A stretch of 64,000 nt of DNA from an uncultured virus (IMG/VR IMGVR_UViG_3300020159_003425) (taxonomy: Duplodnaviria; Heunggongvirae; Uroviricota; Caudoviricetes): IMG/VR virus record IMGVR_UViG_3300020159_003425; one strand, written 5' to 3'. The notes under the pieces are model-generated. The model did not search any database. It saw nothing but the letters and a program-made list of their open reading frames with translations, and had not been told where the DNA came from. The position numbers and the translations under genes were made by a program. Each line of letters starts with the position of its first letter. The first letter of the stretch is position 1. Of the stretch, positions 57,601 through 64,000 are shown piece by piece.

Positions 57601-57647
57601 CCAGTGATGATACTGGAACAAAACTAATTGAAGCAGTGATTTTATAA
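54630..57647 (+). CDS. tail fibre protein with repeats and C-terminal intramolecular-chaperone-like domain
   Basis: NTFGEWVVATN start; LQANTSTNTATASVTGTTFTNV and YANGAF.QAN repeats; ANYADLAEKY...GVVS..PAYMMN...GRVPVKV. Confidence 0.8.
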   Translation: MANTVTSLSYANTFGEWVVATNSLIRENNDLAANDYVKSTGTLYLNETTQNSLQANGTVIIQKQLLVQGTGSSATVQNNMNVGSQLYLTNGSLSLVASGQANVAGQINGQASGIGLFIANNAHIGGNTVSAVRVTTGILQANSSVNTSNASIVNTVFTKDLQANSTVNTATASVTGTTFTNVLQANTSTNTSNASIVGTTYTGILQANTSATVGTLQANTSTNTATASVTGTTFTNVLQANTSTNTATASVTGTTFTGVLQANTSTNTATASVTGTTFTNVLQSNTSVNTATASITGTTFTNVLQANTSTNTATASVTGTTFTGTLQANTSATVGTLQANTSTNTATASVTGTTFTNVLQSNTSVNTATASVTGTTFTNVLQANTSVNSPLVVANNITSNNTITANNISLSNVLNGNTATGYFNSIQVQGGGLTINGNFVITGTTVYTANTFILSSDVSSGISSYYNVDRGSSGVDAAFRWNELSLYWDMLNVTSNVYYRVLTNEYFNDTLTSTSTTLVATANAVNALNTLYNTSNTFLQAGVVSNGLYANAAFLRANAAYGSQNTTGTYANSAYAQANTATNNAAGASLYANGAFIQANAAFLRANTPDAIANSAALYANGAFTQANSGYNQANTATNNAATADSKAVTAGSYANSAYTQANTATNNAAGASLYANGAFIQANAAFLRANTPDAIANSAALYANGAFVQANAGYTQANTATNNAAGASLYANGAFVQANAAYAQANTATNNAAGASLYANGAFRQANAAYAQANTTASSATNASNLSSGTVPLARLSGITTTQLSASAAITNSQLASSTISGVSLGGTLPSHTAGSYLVGSAYNGSTGQTWSVNATTTNTFSAIAARDGAGDIYATVFRGLATSANYADLAEKYLADKEYEVGTVVSVGGEAEVTASSYGERAIGVVSAHPAYMMNSELEGGTYIALKGRVPVKVTGTIRKGQRLVAYNNGTAVAAVPHASDVFGIALESSDDTGTKLIEAVIL
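55040..55790 (+). repeat. 22-aa (66-nt) coding tandem repeats in the tail fibre
   Basis: Roughly a dozen LQ(A/S)N(T/S)S units, two shortened to 11 aa. Confidence 0.9.
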
Positions 57648-57722
57648 ATTTCGAAAATTTTCGTTCCGGCTCCTGAAAAATCTCCGCGAGCTTCAGGAGT
57701 CCAAAAGCTCATTTTACTTTTT
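57646..57722 (+). repeat. dispersed intergenic element, copy 2
   Basis: Aligns with 39053-39128; contains hairpin ctcctgaa...ttcaggag. Confidence 0.7.
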
Positions 57723-57725
57723 GAC

Positions 57726-58211
57726 ATGATAACATTAAATGAATTTGAAAACTTCTTGTACACCGATTTGGTTTATGAACAGAAAATAGTTTCGGTAATT
57801 GACGATCAACATAGGCAGATATTGATTGAAAATATCCGGCAGTTACATGATTATACCAACTGCACCATAAAATTGGAACAAATGGAAAAATACAATGAAG
57901 GTATTTTCCAGAAGTGTCAAGAGTTGAGGAAGAAATACTCACATCCAGGTCCAGTAACCTGCCACGCATTTCTTGCGTTCAAAGGTTCCAAAAGTTTTGG
58001 TGTACACACTGACCCAGATAATGTTATAATAGAATGTCTTTTTGGTTCAAAAACATTATATGTTGCAACCAAAAATGATAGAAGACATGTGCTCAAACAA
58101 GGCGAATATATATTCATACCAGCCAATACAGAACATGAAATCATTAATGAAGAAAAGTCATTGATATTGAGTTTTGGATTTGAAAATTTTATACTGAAAA
58201 ACTTAAATTAA
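57726..58211 (+). CDS. JmjC-like/cupin Fe(II)-2OG oxygenase
   Basis: SFGVHTD (HxD), GSK, L..GEYIFIPANTEH (distal His). Confidence 0.8.
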   Translation: MITLNEFENFLYTDLVYEQKIVSVIDDQHRQILIENIRQLHDYTNCTIKLEQMEKYNEGIFQKCQELRKKYSHPGPVTCHAFLAFKGSKSFGVHTDPDNVIIECLFGSKTLYVATKNDRRHVLKQGEYIFIPANTEHEIINEEKSLILSFGFENFILKNLN

Positions 58212-58214
58212 ATT

Positions 58215-59264
58215 ATGGAATCGATGTTCTACCTCAAGACGACAGAAACTTGTAACCTAGACTGTCTTCACTGTTTCACAAGTGGTTCCAAAGGTGCAAA
58301 AATTTATTGGAATCATGTCAAGGTTGCTGACTGGTTACGAAAACTTTCGGCAAAAACACCACACATAACACACGCACATTTCGAATTTCATGGTGGTGAA
58401 CCTTTCTTAGCAGACATTGCCTCCCTACAATACGTATACGACAATTGCCAAAACCTTTGGCAGAGTCAAAGTTGGGGTGTCACAACCAATCTGACGTTCA
58501 AACTAGATCAAGAAAAGATAGATTTTATAATGGGTCCATTGGATGGTAGAGTTGGTACCAGTTGGGATCCAGACATACGATTTGCAAATCCAAAGCAATA
58601 CGACTTGTGGAGAAAGAACGTACAAACACTGGTTGATTTGGGTGTTGTAATTAAACTGTTCATCAGTGTAACCAAGGGTACGATTGCAATAGAACCAATA
58701 GACTTACTAGAGTGGGTGAAATCTCTTGGTGTAAAAGAAATGGCATTAGAACGTTTAACAATGAACGGCAGTGCAAAGCAGAACTTACATATCTTTCCCA
58801 CAAATATCGAACAAGACAAGTGGTTTTTGAAAATGCACCAACAAAGTGAAGAACATGGTGCAAGAGACTGGTTCGTAAATGAATTTATGAAAACCGTATA
58901 CGACAAATTCGAAACAGGATTTACAGGCGGCGGAACATTCTGTAGAGATTGTGAAGAGAAATTATTCACTGTGAATGCTGACGGCACCGTATCGGGATGT
59001 CCAAATTCTGCACCAGAATTTCAATTTGGCACCATAGATGATGATATAGATGCGTTATTATCCAATCCTCAGAGATTGGAGAACATTGCTTGTGAAAGAG
59101 CAAGAGATCCAAGGTGTTACACATGTGAGGTGTTTCAGTATTGCAATAGTGATTGTCATCAGTTGGAATGGCAAGATGATATTTGTGGTGCACCAAAAAG
59201 TCTAATGATGGACTTGGCAAAAATAAATAAAAAACATCCAGTTTTCAACCTTTTGCAGGTCTGA
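58215..59264 (+). CDS. radical SAM/SPASM enzyme
   Basis: CNLDCLHC, FHGGEP, TTNL; C-terminal CRDC...GCP...CYTC...CNSDC...C. Confidence 0.93.
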   Translation: MESMFYLKTTETCNLDCLHCFTSGSKGAKIYWNHVKVADWLRKLSAKTPHITHAHFEFHGGEPFLADIASLQYVYDNCQNLWQSQSWGVTTNLTFKLDQEKIDFIMGPLDGRVGTSWDPDIRFANPKQYDLWRKNVQTLVDLGVVIKLFISVTKGTIAIEPIDLLEWVKSLGVKEMALERLTMNGSAKQNLHIFPTNIEQDKWFLKMHQQSEEHGARDWFVNEFMKTVYDKFETGFTGGGTFCRDCEEKLFTVNADGTVSGCPNSAPEFQFGTIDDDIDALLSNPQRLENIACERARDPRCYTCEVFQYCNSDCHQLEWQDDICGAPKSLMMDLAKINKKHPVFNLLQV

Positions 59265-59265
59265 T

Positions 59266-60291
59266 GTGTTAACAAGAACAAAACCATACTCCACCGCATA
59301 CGATCAGTACGGAGATCCATATAAACTTGTGGAATTTCGTATGATGGTGTTGAACAACTGTTCTATGGACTGCAAAGGTTGTTTCTACAAAAGGACAGAC
59401 AACAACTTCAATGATTTCAAGAGTTCAAGAAATTTGGCAGAAGACATGCAGTCAAATGGATATAGACTGGAAACTTGTTATCTACTACCAACAGACATAT
59501 TCGATAACAAAGACAACTATTCATTATTCGATAATGAAGATTTTGCAAAAACGGTATCTCAATTTGCGTACCTGGGCATAGCATCAACATTGGAAGATGG
59601 TTTTGATACCAAATTCTTCGACATAGTTTATGGGTTAAATGATCATATCAAGATTGAATTGCAGGTGAATCTTCTCATCAATAGATTGTTTGATATAAAC
59701 TATCAAATGATACTCAAACACAATGTAAACCGAATCAAAAATCTATACAAGGATAGAGTAGTAATTAATCTGGCAATCAATACCGGATTCTCACTCGACA
59801 CTAAGGAAAAGGATAAGATTAAATCGATGTTGAAATACCTTAGTGAAGATGGTATTGTCGAATTAAACTTCACTTTCCTATACAACAAAGATATTTCTGA
59901 GGAAAAGAAACAAAAGATGATGAAGGATAGCATCAGAATCATTCAAGATTTTGGTGATTTCTACCAGGAAGATGAATCCTTTGTCACTAAATACAATATG
60001 CGTACATTTTTACGCAAACCATCTTTCGTTTTCGTTGGAGAACCAAACACAGTATACGTCAATCCAATAGTTCCTTTTGATGAATATGTGTATATCAAAA
60101 AAGATAGATACATTGTACAGACTCCAACATATGATGGTTTTTTAAATTCTTATGGTAAAATAACTGAGATAAATACACCAGTAGTGGACGCCTGTGAGTC
60201 ATGTGAAAACTTAACTCATTGTATGGGCAAGTTTTACTTTGCTATATCGAATGATTTTGACTTGGGGTGTTTCTTAAATCTGAAGGAATGA
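59266..60291 (+). CDS. divergent radical SAM-like protein
   Basis: CSMDCKGC (CxxxCxxC); PTDIF instead of GGEP; C-terminal CESC..L..C...C; GTG start. Confidence 0.75.
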   Translation: MLTRTKPYSTAYDQYGDPYKLVEFRMMVLNNCSMDCKGCFYKRTDNNFNDFKSSRNLAEDMQSNGYRLETCYLLPTDIFDNKDNYSLFDNEDFAKTVSQFAYLGIASTLEDGFDTKFFDIVYGLNDHIKIELQVNLLINRLFDINYQMILKHNVNRIKNLYKDRVVINLAINTGFSLDTKEKDKIKSMLKYLSEDGIVELNFTFLYNKDISEEKKQKMMKDSIRIIQDFGDFYQEDESFVTKYNMRTFLRKPSFVFVGEPNTVYVNPIVPFDEYVYIKKDRYIVQTPTYDGFLNSYGKITEINTPVVDACESCENLTHCMGKFYFAISNDFDLGCFLNLKE

Positions 60292-60301
60292 TGGAGAAAA
60301 A

Positions 60302-60841
60302 ATGGCAAATTCTGGTTCATTAATTACAAAACAAAGTATAGTAGATGATTACTATGCGTATATTCGGAATCCTGCTTATAACGCAGTAGTCTTTTGGTCC
60401 GGAGATAACCCAGGACCAACCAGAATTAACACTGGCGCACTTGGACCCAGAGATTTTAGTGCTAATTTGGCAACTGGCAACATAACAGATTCTGTTGTAA
60501 CTGCTGCAACCATCATCAATCAGGTTAGGGCTTTTGCTGTATATACCACTGCTGCAAGAAGAGCGAGAAGTGGTTTCATAGTGGATGATTTTTCACCAGA
60601 CAATCCACCATATACAATTGATGATAGAACCGATGTTTGCCGCTTGACGGATTCTTATCTAATTAGTTACACTTATGGTGGAAGTGTGAGTAATCCTGTG
60701 GGCGCAACAAACATCAATCAATTCTACACTAATATTAGAGCAACTGCTCAGAATGCACAGACAACGGCCGATGTAGTAGATTTACGTGTGTGTCACAGTT
60801 CATGTCACAGTTCATGTCACTCATCAAGAGGAAGAAGATAA
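60302..60841 (+). CDS. candidate modification substrate with C-terminal (CHSS)3-RGRR
   Basis: Strong RBS ggag; ends VCHSSCHSSCHSSRGRR; embedded among radical SAM genes. Confidence 0.75.
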   Translation: MANSGSLITKQSIVDDYYAYIRNPAYNAVVFWSGDNPGPTRINTGALGPRDFSANLATGNITDSVVTAATIINQVRAFAVYTTAARRARSGFIVDDFSPDNPPYTIDDRTDVCRLTDSYLISYTYGGSVSNPVGATNINQFYTNIRATAQNAQTTADVVDLRVCHSSCHSSCHSSRGRR

Positions 60842-61900
60842 ATGTTTCATATTGCTAACAGAGTGTATTTGGAATACGACTACAAATTTCATCAACAGTA
60901 CCCATATATTGTTGCATCGAGTAGATGGAAAGATCATCCAATAACTATATCGAAAAGTGAACTGATTGCTCAGGTACCGAGTTTTCAAGAACTATTATCT
61001 GAGAGATATAATAATAACATTGAAACCTTTTGGTCATCGTTATTATCAGAAACTAGAAAACTTATTGTTTTCGTTGATCCAGAAACCATGGCAAAGTTAC
61101 AGTTCCAGTATTGGAAAAGTATTTTCAAAGATGACATAAAGGCGGAAGACTTACACAAGTTGCACGCCAGTTGGATAGAAAGTAACAGATTGTCTAGTTA
61201 CTACTCCTTAATTGGTTCATGGGACAGAGGCACAAATTCATGGTCTAAATCCAATGCATTCACCGAGTTGGCAATACCGACTTTGGCGGATTCTACCAAA
61301 TTATTCAATGAAACTGTTGCATCGAATACCATCAAATCGATGAACAAATCATCCATCAGTTTTGAATATTTGATGGCCGAGTTCTTTCACAACAATGCAT
61401 CCAATTATAAACAAGAATTACTAAAAAGAATTGAGTTTCTAACTTGGGATAACTGGTTGGACGAACTGGAACACTTGAAATATGAAATCATTTCCGGCAA
61501 TATCGATGCCGGTAAATTGGATACATCTCTAAGAATGAGTATTGGCAACATCGAAAGTGAACTGGCCAAAAGCGACTTGTTAAAATGGACTGTCGATCCA
61601 GCTTTTACCAATGATGCCGAGTATATTAAAGCAAATTATGATCCACAAATTTTCGTTAACTGTTATATCAAATTAGCAGAAGTATGGCAACACGACTACG
61701 ATGACATGTCACAACTCAGCAGACTAATTAATGAGAAACAATATGAAGAATTGTTAAACAGAGATGTTAATAGAAACTATGGTTGCTCTTATACACGCAC
61801 ACGATTCTTTGCAAAATCCAACCATGTATTTGCCACATGGTGTTACGACTTGAAGAGAAAAGGACAAACTTCTCAGTTGGCACCATTCGTTCTACGTTAA
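60842..61900 (+). CDS. hypothetical protein in the radical SAM cluster
   Basis: 352 aa, starts at the base after the substrate's stop; no motif recognised. Confidence 0.8.
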   Translation: MFHIANRVYLEYDYKFHQQYPYIVASSRWKDHPITISKSELIAQVPSFQELLSERYNNNIETFWSSLLSETRKLIVFVDPETMAKLQFQYWKSIFKDDIKAEDLHKLHASWIESNRLSSYYSLIGSWDRGTNSWSKSNAFTELAIPTLADSTKLFNETVASNTIKSMNKSSISFEYLMAEFFHNNASNYKQELLKRIEFLTWDNWLDELEHLKYEIISGNIDAGKLDTSLRMSIGNIESELAKSDLLKWTVDPAFTNDAEYIKANYDPQIFVNCYIKLAEVWQHDYDDMSQLSRLINEKQYEELLNRDVNRNYGCSYTRTRFFAKSNHVFATWCYDLKRKGQTSQLAPFVLR

Positions 61901-61937
61901 TGTAATATTTTATTGTTTGTGACTATTTAATTATAAT

Positions 61938-63059
61938 ATGTATTCTGTATTTTCAAATGAATTCAATGTCGTTTACCTTAGAGTGGTTCAGGGGTGCAAT
62001 TTAAATTGCACACATTGTTTCACATTAGGCAATAAAGATCCTGTCATGTTTACGGAGTTATCCGTTTTGGAAAAGTTCTTAACGTCCATACGAAACAATG
62101 TGAACCCACAGAAAGTCACATTTTACATTCATGGTGGTGAAACATTTTTAGCTCCACTAAAATATCTATCGAGTGTGAATGATTTAATTCGGGAAAAGTT
62201 TCCTGATATAAAGATGGATATAATTCCACAAACAAACTTAATCTACAAAGTGGACCAAGAGTTTGTGGAATTTATCAAAAAAGAATACAGAGGCACGATA
62301 GGTGTTAGTTGGGATGCCGATATACGATTCGGATCGGTAGCCATCAACAAAAAATCTGAACAAGAAGAAGTGTTCTTTAAGAACCTCCGATATCTGATCG
62401 ACAATGGCATCAAAGTACATATTGCTATCACTGCACAAAAGAATTTATTGAACTATGATCCAATAGAGATCGTAGAAAAATTTGATGGTGTTGATAGTAT
62501 AGACTTTGAATTGTTAACTACATTCGATGATCAAACAAGAAGTCTACGACCAAACAATTTGAAATGGGCAAACTGGTTGGATAAATTGGTAACATATTAT
62601 GAAGACAATAATACCACTTGGTGTTTGCCACAAATTGATCTGTTTACCAAAACACTAATGACTGGAAAAATGTTTGATTGTAAATGCAATTGTTGCGACA
62701 AACGAACATTCACTTTAAATCCAAATGGTACCGTTGGTTTATGTCCAGACATGACTTATGTTGAACCATTCAGTACAGTGGACGAAATGTCAACGGATTG
62801 GCCAGCATTTGAATCCAAGTCTCTGGATCTGATAATAAAGAAGATCACTGCACAACAAGAACATGAGATGTGTTTCAAGTGCGAACATTATGACATATGC
62901 GGTGGTAATTGCGACTCTTCTTTGTTCGATGACACCGAAGAGTGTCCATTAAGTAAGAAGGTAATTGGTCGTATAAGAGGCAATATAAATAAATTTATTC
63001 GACTTTATGAACAAAAAGCCAAATTTAATTTGACAGAACTGAGAGAAAATTATGAATAA
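61938..63059 (+). CDS. radical SAM/SPASM enzyme
   Basis: CNLNCTHC, IHGGET, QTNL; CKCNCC...LCP...CFKC...CGGNC...CP. Confidence 0.93.
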   Translation: MYSVFSNEFNVVYLRVVQGCNLNCTHCFTLGNKDPVMFTELSVLEKFLTSIRNNVNPQKVTFYIHGGETFLAPLKYLSSVNDLIREKFPDIKMDIIPQTNLIYKVDQEFVEFIKKEYRGTIGVSWDADIRFGSVAINKKSEQEEVFFKNLRYLIDNGIKVHIAITAQKNLLNYDPIEIVEKFDGVDSIDFELLTTFDDQTRSLRPNNLKWANWLDKLVTYYEDNNTTWCLPQIDLFTKTLMTGKMFDCKCNCCDKRTFTLNPNGTVGLCPDMTYVEPFSTVDEMSTDWPAFESKSLDLIIKKITAQQEHEMCFKCEHYDICGGNCDSSLFDDTEECPLSKKVIGRIRGNINKFIRLYEQKAKFNLTELRENYE

Positions 63060-63798
63060 GATCCGAGAAACTGTGGCACCTTTGCCAATTGAAACAATCA
63101 AAGAATATTTTCACGACAAAGAAATTTCTTTCTTGGTTGATTATGAAAACTCTAAGATTGCAGATAAAATTTTCTTAACATATGTTTCAAATCTGGACAT
63201 ACCGTTAGATATCAAATTAAGAAAAGACTTTCCCAAAGAAAAATTGTTCTCGTTGATTGATGCATATATGGATATGAAAACAATATGTGATGTTAAAACT
63301 TTAAGTATGATGGTAGTACACATTCTACTCAAAGCAATCGGCGTAAACACGAAAGAGTCATTGTCAAATACTTTTATGACAGAAGAATTGGTTGATGAAT
63401 TCATTGAAACAAGAAAAGAAAAAGTTTCAAGGTGGGCTCACTTTTTGGATTCTTCAATGTTGTTTCTGATTTATTCTTACAAAGATTTGAATGAAAAAAT
63501 AAAAGTCGAAGAATCATTTCCTAAAATAGAAGATGCAAACTATGTCGGTTTGAACATCGTAAACCTATTCAGTGTTCCTGGTTTTATGAATTGTTATTTC
63601 AGTGCGGGTCCAACACCAAGTATGAGTTTCTTCACCGAACAATTCACCAAGTATATGTTCAAAGGTAAAAACCTATTTGATTATTTCAACAACGAAGAGA
63701 ATATGTTTGTACCACTACTGGTTGGGCTTGTCGAAAAGAAGTTACATATGGATCCAAGAGAACAATTCAAGGACGATTTGAGTCTGGAAGTAAAATAA
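63052..63798 (+). CDS. hypothetical protein in the radical SAM cluster
   Basis: ETVAPLPIE.IK.YF...FL.YVSNLDIP; TATAAATA at 62984-62991 upstream. Confidence 0.8.
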   Translation: MNKIRETVAPLPIETIKEYFHDKEISFLVDYENSKIADKIFLTYVSNLDIPLDIKLRKDFPKEKLFSLIDAYMDMKTICDVKTLSMMVVHILLKAIGVNTKESLSNTFMTEELVDEFIETRKEKVSRWAHFLDSSMLFLIYSYKDLNEKIKVEESFPKIEDANYVGLNIVNLFSVPGFMNCYFSAGPTPSMSFFTEQFTKYMFKGKNLFDYFNNEENMFVPLLVGLVEKKLHMDPREQFKDDLSLEVK

Positions 63799-63799
63799 A

Positions 63800-64000
63800 A
63801 TGGACGCTTATTTGGCATCAGGTAGTCTTAAAGACTCCTTCAATTTTTACTTCAACTTAAACTTTGAATTCTTAAATGGATGCCAGTTTAGTTGTAAGGG
63901 TTGCCACGTAAATAAAAATGGTGCTGAAGCTTTCGATGATGATAGTTATACACAATTGAAGAAAATTATGGAGAGTTTTAGTGAAGGCAACTCCTATAAA
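63800..64000 (+). CDS. fourth radical SAM-like protein (truncated by window end)
   Basis: Hand translation MDAYLASGSLKDSFNFYFNLNFEFLNGCQFSCKGCHVNKNG...; CxxxCxxC resembles 59266-60291. Confidence 0.78.
   Translation, partial: MDAYLASGSLKDSFNFYFNLNFEFLNGCQFSCKGCHVNKNGAEAFDDDSYTQLKKIMESFSEGNSYK

Noticed and set aside
58215..63059. Radical SAMs as NrdG, QueE or MoaA-type housekeeping enzymes
   Set aside because: Cys-rich SPASM-like C-termini, multiple paralogues and no nrdD, que or moa partner genes in the window.

Overview
A 64 kb segment of a large T4-like myovirus (probably from an aquatic proteobacterial host). 1-19 kb: a divergent early region of mostly small hypothetical ORFs behind repeated sigma70-type promoters, with a DEDD exonuclease, two AAA+ ATPases (one CobS/MoxR-like), a metallophosphoesterase, a GalE-like epimerase and a DenV-like glycosylase. 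19-24.6 kb: PhoH, a PD-(D/E)XK exonuclease, a GIY-YIG homing endonuclease, a circularly permuted (two-piece) tmRNA, a SleB-like hydrolase, gp33, gp59 and gp32. 24.6-57.6 kb: tail and baseplate module (hub/tape-measure locus, gp51, gp26, gp54-like, gp2, gp4, gp48, gp53, split gp5, gp25, gp6, gp7, gp8, split VrlC-like protein, tail fibres). 57.7-64 kb is the most unusual part: a RiPP-like modification cluster directly behind the tail-fibre gene, with a JmjC-like cupin, at least four radical SAM enzymes, two unknown proteins and a 179-aa candidate substrate ending in CHSS-CHSS-CHSS-RGRR. Other notable signals: a candidate -1 frameshift fusing gp26 to gp51, tandem hub paralogues with swapped muralytic domains, two standalone MbcA/ParS-like antitoxin domains and a duplicated ~77 bp intergenic element. 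All family assignments come from motif recognition by eye; no searches were run.
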